The translations under genes were made by a program, and so were the position numbers. Shown here in pieces: positions 23,220 through 33,194 of a DNA stretch of 64,000 bases. Source of the stretch: an uncultured delta proteobacterium (GTDB lineage: Bacteria > Desulfobacterota > Zymogenia > Zymogenales > Zymogenaceae); the NCBI GenBank assembly GCA_963792965.1, contig CAWBYW010000016.1:1-64000 (forward strand), read 5' to 3'. The notes below the pieces were generated by a model that saw only the letters and a list, made by a program, of their open reading frames with translations, was not told the origin of the DNA and did not search any database. Within the stretch, counting starts at the first letter, position 1, and every line of letters starts with the position of its first letter.

Positions 23220-26137
23220 TTACTTCGCCTTCAGATCGATCCGGACGCGCAGACCCTTTTCATCCCTGATCGGGATGTCTATCTTGTGGTTCATGCCCCC
23301 CTTGACGGTGACGGCGGGCAGGCTCTTGTCGATCATCGAGTATTCCTTCTTGAATTCCTTGTCCTGGAGGATGGAGACGCGGTGTTTTCCCGCCGGGACC
23401 TTGCCGAAGGAAAAGAGGCCCCTGTCGTCCGTCATGGACCTTTCCGTGCCGTCAAGTACAACCGTTACTCCCCCGGCGCCCGGCTCCCCCGGCTCGTAGA
23501 CGCTGTCTTCATTGGCATCGACGTAGACCCTGCCCGAGATCATCCCCTTTGGCAGCTTCTCCTCGGCTTCTTTCTTCGCCTTCTCCTCCTCCTCTTTCTT
23601 CGCCTCCTCTTCCTTCTTGGCTTCTTCGAGGCGCTTGGCCTCGTCGAGTGCCTTGGCGGCCTCGATCTCCTCCTTGGTGGGGCCCGTCCGTCCGAGCGCA
23701 AAGGCCGTCCGGCCGGTACCGCCCGCGAAGACCGAGACGATGCGGGAGGTCTCTCCGATCGTATAATAGTCCTTGGGGAGCTTTCTCAGGTCGAGCCCTA
23801 CTAGGTGTTCTCCCGACCTGATCTCATCAAATGCGAACGTGCCGTTTTCATCGGTGATCGACCTGTCTCCATTCTCCAGAAGCACACTGATGCCCGGTAT
23901 CGGTTCTTCTCCGACGTTCTTCAGCCCGTTGTTGTTATCGTCAATAAAGACGGTCCCCTTGATCCTGCCCATTCGTTCAAGTGAATCAAAGGACACCCCG
24001 ATGTCCGCGGTGTCTCGCGCGGTCAGGGTCTTTCCCGTCGGGTCGGTGCCGCTCACGTCCACCGTGTTGGTGCTCCTCCCGTGGACGATGTTCGGTTTGA
24101 CGACCCCTTTATATTTCAGGGTGGTCATGTTCCCTCCCGGCAGGTCCTCCAATCTCCAAACCAGTGTCGTCGTGCCCGACGGATCCGAAAAAGATGCCCC
24201 GTCCACGGTGGTCGTTCCCTTGACATACCCGATACCCGCCGGAAAGGCGTCGCGCACCACGATGTCCTTGAGTGTCCCGCGGCCGGAGTTTTCGATCCGG
24301 ACCGTATAAAGCAGCATCCCGCCGACTTTTGCGCCGGTGGGTGAGACGGATTTTTCGACCGTGAGCCGCGCGGACTCGGGAATCGGGGGGATACCGACGA
24401 TAAGCGTCACGTCCACCTCGGACTGGGCGCCGCCTCCTCGTCCGGTAACGGTGATGAGATATTTCCCCTCTCGTATATCCGGCTCCGTCGTGACGGTAAG
24501 GAGGGTCCAGTTCTGGGCCGAGGTTGGGTAGAATATCTGCGGATCAAGAACCGCGTGTGCCCCGGCGGGAACACCCGAGACCGCAAACTCAATCGAGGCG
24601 GGGAATGCCGGGCTCGGAGTCGACGGTGATAGTATATCGGGCGGTATCTCCCGGCGTTATCTCACGCGACGTAGGCTCGGCGACGAGGGTGAATACGCCC
24701 CCCGTCACGATAAGTTGTACCGTCACCTCTTTCTTGACGAGGTTGTCGTCCGTTCCGACAATGGTGATCTCGTATGTCCCCGGGATGGTATCAGAGGACG
24801 TCTTGAAGGTTAACGTGGAGACCGGATCTTCCGACTTGATTTTCTCGGGAGCGAAGGTGGCGGTCGTGCCGATGGGGATATCATCGATCGAGAGCGCTAC
24901 CTCACCAGGGCATTCTCCTGAAAAAGCGCCCCTGATCGTAAATGAGGCGTCGTCCCCCGGCCTGATTTCCCGTGAAGAAGGGGTTGCAGAGAGAGAGAAG
25001 TCGCCTTCGCATTCCTTCACGACGAGGTCGGCATAGGCCTCTCGTGTCCTGAGCTTTTCGTCCTTTCCGACGATTCGGACCCGGTACGTCCCGGCGGGGG
25101 TATCGTTCGTGGTCGTAATCCTGAGGACGGATACGGAATTTCGAACGTCTATCGGATTGCGGCCAAAGGACGCGCCGCCGCCCGGCGGGAGGTCGTCCGC
25201 TTCCAGCGTTACGGGTCCCTCAAAGCACCCGGTGAAATCGCCCGTAACATTCAGTTCGGCGCTGTCGCCTGGGCGTATCTCCTGTGACGGTGGTGTGGCC
25301 GCCAGCGAGAAGTCGCCCTCGCACTCCTTCACGACGAGCGTCACCGTCGCCTCCTTCGCGCCGATGTCTGGGTTCGAGCCCTTAACGGTGATACTATATT
25401 GCCCCGAGGGGGTACTCGCGCTTGTCTTTAGCGTCAGGACGGACGTACGGCTACCGGAACTTATCGTCGCCGGGACGAAGGACTCGACCGAGACCCCGGA
25501 GGGGAGCGTGGATTCGTCCACCGACAAACTCACCGGGCCCGTAAAACACCCGATGAAATCACCGGTGATAGTGAAGTCGGCCGATTCCCCCGGCACGACG
25601 CTCGGAGGCGTCTGGGAGCCCCCCGAGATCGTAAAGTTCCTCGTCGGAGGATTGATGACGAGGGTCAAAGAACGGGGATTCGTAGAATCCGTATATGGGT
25701 CATGCACACCACCACTTAATATAGCATCGGCGGTGATCTTTATATTTTGATATGTTCCCGTCGTCGCGCCGCAAGTCGAATCGATCGATACCGTCCCCAC
25801 CGCTATCCTGTCTCCATCGTTATCCGATACACTAATGGGTAGTGCTGGATGCGCCCGACGGAAGATTTATAGCCGAGAGGATTATCGGTCCCGTAAAGTC
25901 TAGGAACGAGTTTTCTTGTAGGTAGACCGTTACCTGAAACGTGGTGCTCCCGCCGGCCTCGATTGTCCGGCTGCTCGGGGTGATGGTGACGCTTTTGATC
26001 GGACACGCCTGAGCCTCGGCCGCGTTGTCGAGGTAGCCGACCAGCGTTCCCGCGTGGGGGACGAGGGCGTACGGGACGAGGATCAAAAGGGAAGAAAAAA
26101 GAATCGATCTGATTATCGACGGCATTCGTGGTTTCAT
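23220..26137 (-). CDS. ~970-aa exported protein: 5-6 Ig-like ~104-aa repeats, one DUF11 domain, two SdrD-B/Cna-B-like domains; split by frameshifts (~25830, ~24590)
   Basis: Signal peptide at 26137; repeats CEGDFSL.ATP.S.EIRPGD; DUF11 (LTVEKSVSP...VVRDAFPAG...NTV); GTVFIDDNNNG...TDENG.F.F and GRVYVDANED...TDDRG.F.F, separated by an E/K-rich linker. Confidence 0.8.
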
Positions 26138-26157
26138 CGGTAAAAACCCATCTGTGA

Positions 26158-28590
26158 TTAAAATTTACCCGTCAGCTTAAGGTAGCCGATGTCGGCGTTA
26201 TAGTTTGTATCGGGGGCGTCACGGTCCAGCAGCTCCTGGTGCTCGTATCCGAGGGAAAGCTTCAGATAATCGAAGATATCGTATCCGACCTCAGTAAAGG
26301 CATCCATCTTATGGCTCAACAATGCGCCGGTGGTGCCGGCATATTTGTAGCCTCCGGTGAGCTCCCAATTGCGGTAAAAATGATACGTTCCCCCGAGTAT
26401 ATACGTATTAGTCCGCGTTTCGTCCGAAGAGAGCGGGTAGTCCTTGAGAAAACTCCGCTCGAATCGGTATTCGCCGTAGAGCGCCAGGTTACCCGCGTCG
26501 GGGGAGTATTCCAGCCGCACGACCGCTTCGTCATCGAGCGTATCGTCTACGCCGGGGGTCGTCTCCTGGTCGTTGCTCTGAAGCGTATAACCGACGGAGA
26601 GGACCAGATCCGGCCTGATGTCCCAGGCGATCTCGGCATCGGCGAGGTAATTGACCGTCGTCGTGCTCGGGAGACTCTCCGCGTCGTCTTTAGCACCAAC
26701 CTCGAACGTCATCCCGACGGAGATCGTGTCGGTCGGCTGGTATCTGAAAATGGTTGAGATACGGTGCTCGCGGGTTACCTCCCTGTCGAGAGTGTAATCC
26801 TGTTCCGTCAGGAACTTATAGATGACTTCGGCACGAAACCGATTTCGCTTATAGTCCGCCCCAAGCCATGTCGCGTCCCCCCTGTGGATCAGGCCGCCGG
26901 TATCTCCCCCCGTGGCGAACACCTCGTCCTGTTCGATAAAGAATCTGAGGTCGGGAACCGGCTCAATATCCATCCGCGCCAGGAGGTAGTTGGTCTTTCT
27001 GCTCTCGGAATCGGAAACGTAGTCCCTGAAATCGTCGTAGATGTAGGCCGCCTCAAGCCTCACCGGCCCGGTTATATGTGTGCTGCCCAGCGGGCCCTTT
27101 GCGCCCATGATGACACGGTACGTCTCGCTGTCCGTGCCCTTGAGGGCCATATTGTCGAAACTCCTGAGCCACTGGGCTCCGACGAAGTAGTTGAACCGAT
27201 CGGCGGGCGTGTACCGGTATGACATGAAAACATCGCGTGTGGTCGACCGGGGAACCGTCGCATCCATCGGGACATTGTCTTTTATCTCCCGGTATCCGGC
27301 GGTGAGGACATGATTTTCACCCAGGCGATATTCTCCGGCCAACCCCCATGACTCCTCATCGGTGCCCAGGCCCGTGTCGATATCGGGATTGAGGTCATAG
27401 ATATCCGTCCCCGACTCGAAGTCAAACGGGGTATCGTATCGGATCTCCCTGACCACTTTTTCCACGTCGTAACTCGTCGTGCCGAAGGTAGGAAAATCCC
27501 GATCAACCCGGAAGTACCCACCCCAGAGGCGGAGATCCGGGGTTGCCTTCCATTCGAAATTACCCCGGTATGCATAGCTTTTTGCGTCCCCGGACGCGGG
27601 ACTGTCGCCGGCGGCAAACTCGGCGTTGAGGAAGAAATTGTTCTTGTTATCGATGAGGATATCGGTGCCGTATATCTGCATTCGCTGGTCCCAGCTTCCG
27701 CCGATCGTGTCGCCGACGGGGCCCTCCGTGAGGTAGGTGAGCCCCATTTTCACGTATTCCTGGGGCATCACCCAGAACCGCCCGCCCATCACGTAGCGGC
27801 TAAACCCGCCGGAGGGGTCGTCGTACTGATAATCGACTACGATCGAGATTGGGTTGCCGGAAAAATCAGTCGTCTCCACCGGGTAGGTGAACTTGAGCTT
27901 TCCGGTATCAAAGTCGATGGTGTAGTCGATCCCCCTTTGTTGCCTGTCATTCTTGATGATCCGGTTCGTATTCTTGTCACGAACCCGGATTAAGACCGTT
28001 TCGCTCCCTACCATGACCGGAAAGTGTGTGACGTAATACGGTCCCGAGGTGCCGTCGCCCGGGATCTCATCCTCGGCCTGGTTTCCGCGCACCGCCCCTC
28101 CAAAGAGCTCCGCACCGTAGTTTTTACCCTCCAGATGGACCGTGCCGCCACGGAAATCCGGCTCGAAGCGGGTAAAGAGCGTATCGGTGAACATCCCGTC
28201 TTTGTGATCGCCGATGGAGAGGTAATTATTGTCTCTCTTGATCTTGAGAAAGAAATCCAGGTTTGGCTCGAAGTCGTAGGTAATATCACGATAGTGGACG
28301 TATCCCTCCAGCTCGTAGCCGTGATAGAAGGTGCCACTGGCCAGAAAGTCGATCTTTGTGGAATTGGAGAAATAGTCAGGCAGACCCCGGTCACTATTCT
28401 CGAAGATGATCGGGTTCCCCTTAAGGGAGGTGTAATTCACCCGTAAGACACCCAGTCCCATGAGCAACAGATCGGTTTCCGTTTCCGGATCCTCAATCCG
28501 AATGGCCGGGGAAAGAGCGGGCAAAGAAAACACGATACCGAAAATCAGGAGTATCCTGAAGATCTTTTTGAGTCTCTGATATCTGTCCAC
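26158..28590 (-). CDS. Large outer-membrane beta-barrel protein (810 aa), of the type found with DUF11 operons
   Basis: Signal peptide; amphipathic aromatic-rich strands; C-terminal YLKLTGKF (terminal Phe, BAM-type signature); GDGTSGPYY...SETV.IRVRD...RGIDYTIDFDTGKLKF segment. Confidence 0.8.
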   Translation of the reverse strand: MDRYQRLKKIFRILLIFGIVFSLPALSPAIRIEDPETETDLLLMGLGVLRVNYTSLKGNPIIFENSDRGLPDYFSNSTKIDFLASGTFYHGYELEGYVHYRDITYDFEPNLDFFLKIKRDNNYLSIGDHKDGMFTDTLFTRFEPDFRGGTVHLEGKNYGAELFGGAVRGNQAEDEIPGDGTSGPYYVTHFPVMVGSETVLIRVRDKNTNRIIKNDRQQRGIDYTIDFDTGKLKFTYPVETTDFSGNPISIVVDYQYDDPSGGFSRYVMGGRFWVMPQEYVKMGLTYLTEGPVGDTIGGSWDQRMQIYGTDILIDNKNNFFLNAEFAAGDSPASGDAKSYAYRGNFEWKATPDLRLWGGYFRVDRDFPTFGTTSYDVEKVVREIRYDTPFDFESGTDIYDLNPDIDTGLGTDEESWGLAGEYRLGENHVLTAGYREIKDNVPMDATVPRSTTRDVFMSYRYTPADRFNYFVGAQWLRSFDNMALKGTDSETYRVIMGAKGPLGSTHITGPVRLEAAYIYDDFRDYVSDSESRKTNYLLARMDIEPVPDLRFFIEQDEVFATGGDTGGLIHRGDATWLGADYKRNRFRAEVIYKFLTEQDYTLDREVTREHRISTIFRYQPTDTISVGMTFEVGAKDDAESLPSTTTVNYLADAEIAWDIRPDLVLSVGYTLQSNDQETTPGVDDTLDDEAVVRLEYSPDAGNLALYGEYRFERSFLKDYPLSSDETRTNTYILGGTYHFYRNWELTGGYKYAGTTGALLSHKMDAFTEVGYDIFDYLKLSLGYEHQELLDRDAPDTNYNADIGYLKLTGKF

Positions 28591-28659
28591 AATCTCTCAG
28601 CATCCATAGTAGATTAGTCGCAACCTCAGGTTTCGAATACAATATTCTTTATATCATGC

Positions 28660-28675
28660 AGCAAATGATATGCCA
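28660..28675 (-). promoter_or_regulatory. sigma-54 (-24/-12) promoter of the DUF11 operon
   Basis: Minus strand TGGCATATCATTTGCT has exact GG-N10-GC spacing and lies 70 nt upstream of the 28590 start, with ~500 bp of non-coding DNA upstream. Confidence 0.72.
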
Positions 28676-29190
28676 TATGGCCGATGACAACCAACCATTT
28701 TCAAAACCTACGTGATTATGATACGTTATCGCTTTTTATCTCCTTTCCGTACGGGCCACGCGACAATACGGCGTTTCAAAAAGACAACTTTACTGATGCA
28801 GCGGCCGTTACATGAAACAGAGACGCACCCTAAATGCAACATCGGCTCGTGATATCCGGAAGCGGCGTAATACCGGCCGGTTAGTCCGGCCTACCGCACC
28901 GCTCCTTGACGGATATGGGTGCCCCGCGTTTTATCTGTGCAACTCTTCGGCCCCGTCAATCCCTTCCATGGCTTCGGCCGAATCATCGAGCGGCCCCCCG
29001 TCCCGTTGCACCGCCGCAAAAAGGGTATACTATACATGGCCGGATGCGGATAAGTCAAGTTTTATTTGCACAAATCGGACAAAGCTAACTTCATTGATAT
29101 TCATGACAATAAGTGATGGTATGGTTAATCTACGTAAACTATCCGGACAAAAAAAGGGGGGGGTGTCCCCCCCGACAGCCCCATCAGGGT

Positions 29191-30729
29191 CTACGCGAAA
29201 TATCGGTCCCTGTTGTTGAGGATATAGTCCGCCGTCCGGTGCGCCATCGCCATGATCGGGATCATGTTGTGGGTGCTGGAGGAAGTGGGGTTGGTGGAGG
29301 CGTCCACGATAAAGAGGTTCTTCACGTCGTGGCTCTCGCCCCAGCTGTTGACCACGCTCGTTTTCGGGTCCTCTCCCATGCGACAGGTCCCGTACTGGTG
29401 GGCCGATATCAGCGCGATGGAGGCGGGCCGAATCCCCATAGAGTCGACGATGTCGATCTTTGACGCGTCCTCGATGATCGTGGGCTCAGTAAAGGCAAAC
29501 ATCACCTTGCGTGCGCCCGCCGCAAAGAATATCCGCGCCGCCTCCTTGATCCCCTTCATGAGCCGTGCCTTGTAATCCTCGGTGAACTCATAGGTGATGA
29601 CCGGCCTCCCATATTTATTAACCGTGACCTCCCCCGAGGGTTGGTCGGGAACAAGGACCAGAACGCCCGTGAAGTGGGGGTAGGATATCATAAGCTCCTT
29701 GGTGACCATCCCGAAGCCGGGGAGCTGGGCCGCGGCGATACCGGGGCTCCCGAAGATCCCCTCGATGCGGAACCCCGACAGACCCACCTCCTCATTGGCC
29801 TCTTCGAACTGCGTGACCGCGTAGGACTGTGGGATGCCGCGGTAGCCCTTGACCACCTCGTCGAAAACGGCAAATACCGCCGACTGCGGCTGGAGCGAAA
29901 GGTTCTTTCCCACCTCGCCGCTCGAGTTGGCGATCTTTGAGTTAAGGAGGATCTGCGCGGTGTTGACCGTGCTCGCGCCCAACATGACGACCTTTGCCTC
30001 GAGGGCGATCTTCACCTTTTCCGTTCTCGTCTTGGGGTCCATGATGACGCCGGTAACCCGGGAGGCCTTCCCGTCGGTCTCGATCACCTTTTCGGCGCGG
30101 GCGTAGGTGTAGACGTCGGCCCCCGCCTCCACCGCCTTCGGCACGTAGACCGTGTGTCCCGCCTGCTTGGCATCGTAGGCGCATCCCAACAGGCAGTACC
30201 CGCAGCCGACGCACCCCTCCCGGTTGTTGTTGAACTTCTCCCCCTTATAGCCGAGGAGATCCGCGCCCTTCCTGATGAGGGAGTTATTGGTGTTGAGCTG
30301 GCCCTCGGTAATCGGCTTTACCTTGAGCAGCGCCTCGACCTTCTCGAAGTAGGGGCGCATGACCTCGGGGGTTATCCCCGCCACGCCGTATTTTGTGGCC
30401 CAGTGGGAAAGGACAGCGTCATGGATGCGGACACAGTCGCAGACGTTGATCGTCGAGCCCCCGCCGACCCCACGCCCCTGCATGACGGCGATCGCCATGT
30501 CTTTCGTGGCGCGGGCGTTGCGCTGGACGTAGTTCTCGCCGAACATGTCGGCCTCGCGCTGGTTATAGTCTGCCCCCCGGTGGTACCCGCCGTCCTCGAG
30601 TACCGCGACAGAGAGGCCCGCCGTGGCCATCTCGAGGGCCATAACCGAGCCCCCGGATCCCGCCCCGATGATGCAGACGTCATATGACTTTGCCACGTCC
30701 GAAACGATATCGTCAGGCTTTATAAACAT
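29191..30729 (-). CDS. GMC-family FAD oxidoreductase
   Basis: IIGAGSGG, GRGVGGGSTIN, CVGCGYCLLGC Cys cluster, SAHQYGTCRMG, NLFIVDAS. Confidence 0.9.
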   Translation of the reverse strand: MFIKPDDIVSDVAKSYDVCIIGAGSGGSVMALEMATAGLSVAVLEDGGYHRGADYNQREADMFGENYVQRNARATKDMAIAVMQGRGVGGGSTINVCDCVRIHDAVLSHWATKYGVAGITPEVMRPYFEKVEALLKVKPITEGQLNTNNSLIRKGADLLGYKGEKFNNNREGCVGCGYCLLGCAYDAKQAGHTVYVPKAVEAGADVYTYARAEKVIETDGKASRVTGVIMDPKTRTEKVKIALEAKVVMLGASTVNTAQILLNSKIANSSGEVGKNLSLQPQSAVFAVFDEVVKGYRGIPQSYAVTQFEEANEEVGLSGFRIEGIFGSPGIAAAQLPGFGMVTKELMISYPHFTGVLVLVPDQPSGEVTVNKYGRPVITYEFTEDYKARLMKGIKEAARIFFAAGARKVMFAFTEPTIIEDASKIDIVDSMGIRPASIALISAHQYGTCRMGEDPKTSVVNSWGESHDVKNLFIVDASTNPTSSSTHNMIPIMAMAHRTADYILNNRDRYFA

Positions 30730-30759
30730 ACTCTTTCTCCATTTTCGTCGAAAACGGTT

Positions 30760-31290
30760 TTAGACCAGAGGTCCCTCGTAGCCGATGCGCGGCCAGACCT
30801 TCTCGTTGACGTAAAACCCCATGAAGCAGAGCCGCTTAAAGCCCAGAAACGCGCCCCTCAAGAGCGTAACGCTGCTCTTCTGCCAGGAGGCGAGGTACTC
30901 GTCCTGCGCCTCGGGGGTCATCTGAGTGAAGCGGGTAAACTTCCCCTTCAGGAAGAGCGGTCCGTGCTCGATGAGCATGATGGCGCTCTTGAAGTCTTTC
31001 TGGACCTCGGGGTAGTCGGTGGCGGCAAAGCCGTCGAAGAACTCCACGACCCCGGTATCGAGCGCGCCCTCGGGGTATGGGCCTCCGCGGGGGACGATGC
31101 GGTCGGCAAACGCCTTGATCACGGCATAGCCCTTGTCGTCGAGGAACTTGAGCCCCTCGGGCGCCTTCTCGTAGCCCCCGCAGGACGAGAGCGCCCCACC
31201 TGCCCCGACGGCGGCGGACGCGACGGCCAGGCCCTTTAAAAAGACCCGCCGTGATGCCTTGAATCCCGTCAAGATTGTCTCGTCACTCAT
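30760..31290 (-). CDS. Gluconate 2-dehydrogenase subunit-3-like Tat (lipo)protein, partner of the GMC subunit
   Basis: SRRVFLK Tat motif, LSSC lipobox-like, ADRIVP...GA, RFTQM, C-terminal WPRIGYEGP. Confidence 0.82.
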   Translation of the reverse strand: MSDETILTGFKASRRVFLKGLAVASAAVGAGGALSSCGGYEKAPEGLKFLDDKGYAVIKAFADRIVPRGGPYPEGALDTGVVEFFDGFAATDYPEVQKDFKSAIMLIEHGPLFLKGKFTRFTQMTPEAQDEYLASWQKSSVTLLRGAFLGFKRLCFMGFYVNEKVWPRIGYEGPLV

Positions 31291-31669
31291 ACGCGTGCCT
31301 CCTCACGGAAATGGATGATCTGACTGTGAAACATCGTGGGTTACCTGATGCGATGGGACGCGGCCGGCACAGCCTGCGCGATGCGTCCGTCCGGATGGAG
31401 AGAAATCGTCTGAGTCCGTGATTGCCGGGCATTTCATGTGCCATGTCGACATGAAAGATCCCTTTTTGGTGCGGCCGCGGTGGGAAGGTGCCATACAGGA
31501 ACACCGCGTGAAAACAGGGGAATTTTACCAAATATCGTGCGGTTATACTACCGGAAAGTGCGGCGTATTGTAAATTGTTCGATGTCGTGTTACGATGGGT
31601 CGCCTTTTAACGCCGTCGGCCCGGGCCGACGGCGTGCGAGCGGCCAATCACACGAGGGGAGGCTTCCCG

Positions 31670-33172
31670 ATGAAAAGAGTCGTGCTGGTCTTCGACTGCG
31701 GGGCGACCAACGTCCGGGCGATCGCGGTGGATCAGAAGGGCGATATCGTCCACAGGGAGGCCCGGCCCAACGCCCCGGTCCACCAGCGTCCGGATAGGGA
31801 CTGGCTCATCTGGGATATCGAGGCCGTCTGGAAGAAGCTGATCGACTGCGCCAAGAAGACGATCGCCGCCGTCGGAAAAGAGAACGTCGCCGCGATCGCC
31901 CTCACCTCGTTTTCCGACGACGGCGCGCCGGTGGACCGGGAGGGAAAGCTCCTCTACCCCGTCATCTCGTGGCAGTGCCCCCGCACCGGGCAGATCGCCG
32001 ATCACGTCGACGCCTATATCCCCTTTGACGAGCTCTTCCGGATCACGGGGGAACAGGTTATGCGCCAACATACCCTCTTTCGGCTCATCTGGCTGAGGCA
32101 AAACGCCCCCCAAGCCCTCGAGCGGGCGCATAAGTACCTCATGGTGCCCGGCATCCTCAACCACCGGTTGACCGGGCAGATGACCAACGACCCCACCACC
32201 GCCGACAGCATGATGCTGTTGGATATTAAAAAACGGGCCTACTCGGCGCTCCTGATGGGCAAACTCGGGCTTTCCGAGTCCTTTTTCGGTCCCCTCGTGG
32301 AGCCGGGGACGGTCATCGGGACGTTGACCCTGAAGGCGGCCCGCCTGTTGGATCTTGCCGGGGATATACCGGTCGTCGCCGCCGGGCACGACACCCAGTT
32401 TGCCGTCGCGGGCTCGGGCGCCGCTCCCGGCGAGGCCGTATTGAGCTCGGGGACGTGGGAGATCCTCTTTGCCCGCAGCAACTCCCCCGACACCTCCAAC
32501 CGGGCCAGGGAAGCCGGGCTCAAGAACGAGTGCGATGCGGTGCGGGGCCTGTTCGACGTCGGGTTCCAATGGATCGGCTCCGGCGCCCTCGAGTGGGCGG
32601 CAGACACCTTTTACCCGATCCGATCGAAAAAGGAGGCCCGCTACAACCTCATGATCGACGAGGCACGGCGTGTCCTGCCCGGCTCGGGCGGCCTCACCGT
32701 GCACCCGTCGCTTTTGCCCGGCTCCGGCATCGCTCGTCGCCACCGGACCTCGGGGACAATCCTCGGCCTGACGCTGACAAGCTCCCGGGGCCAGATATAT
32801 CGCGCGTTCCTGGAGGGGCTGTCGTTTCAGCTGCGCGAGGCGATCGATCTCCTGGGAGAGATTCGCGGCGCAAAGCTCTCGCGCCTGACGGTCGTGGGAG
32901 GGGGCTCGCGCAATGGAGTGTGGAACCAGATCCGGGCCGACGTGACCAACCTCCCCATCCGCCTCACCCGTCAGGTCGAGAACACCGTCGTCGGCGCGGC
33001 GATCTTCGCCTTCATCGGCGCGGGTCTCTATCGGGACTACGGCCAGGCCGTGCGGAACATCGACTTTTTCCGGGAAGAGATCCACCCGTCGCCTGGACGC
33101 GAGGTCTATGACGAGCTCTACGATCGGTTCAGGGAGATCGGGCCCGCGCTGAAGGGGTTCTATTCTAAGTGA
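31670..33172 (+). CDS. fucK: L-fuculokinase (FGGY family)
   Basis: VFDCGATNVRAIAV, YPVISWQCPRT, AGHDTQFA, LSSGTWEIL, GGGSRN.VWNQIRADV match E. coli FucK motifs. Confidence 0.85.
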   Translation: MKRVVLVFDCGATNVRAIAVDQKGDIVHREARPNAPVHQRPDRDWLIWDIEAVWKKLIDCAKKTIAAVGKENVAAIALTSFSDDGAPVDREGKLLYPVISWQCPRTGQIADHVDAYIPFDELFRITGEQVMRQHTLFRLIWLRQNAPQALERAHKYLMVPGILNHRLTGQMTNDPTTADSMMLLDIKKRAYSALLMGKLGLSESFFGPLVEPGTVIGTLTLKAARLLDLAGDIPVVAAGHDTQFAVAGSGAAPGEAVLSSGTWEILFARSNSPDTSNRAREAGLKNECDAVRGLFDVGFQWIGSGALEWAADTFYPIRSKKEARYNLMIDEARRVLPGSGGLTVHPSLLPGSGIARRHRTSGTILGLTLTSSRGQIYRAFLEGLSFQLREAIDLLGEIRGAKLSRLTVVGGGSRNGVWNQIRADVTNLPIRLTRQVENTVVGAAIFAFIGAGLYRDYGQAVRNIDFFREEIHPSPGREVYDELYDRFREIGPALKGFYSK

Positions 33173-33194
33173 GGTGAGAGAAAAGCCGGCGTCT

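Noticed and set aside
28850-29030. tmRNA or c-di-GMP riboswitch upstream of the DUF11 operon
   Set aside because: Only a GGATTGACGGGG resemblance on the minus strand; no tRNA-like 3' end and no GGCAAAC/GAAA/GCAAAGC core found.
31607-33085. 492-aa minus-strand ORF opposite fucK (likewise 42284-43678, 62487-63995, 1102-2172)
   Set aside because: Shadow ORFs of well-supported genes.
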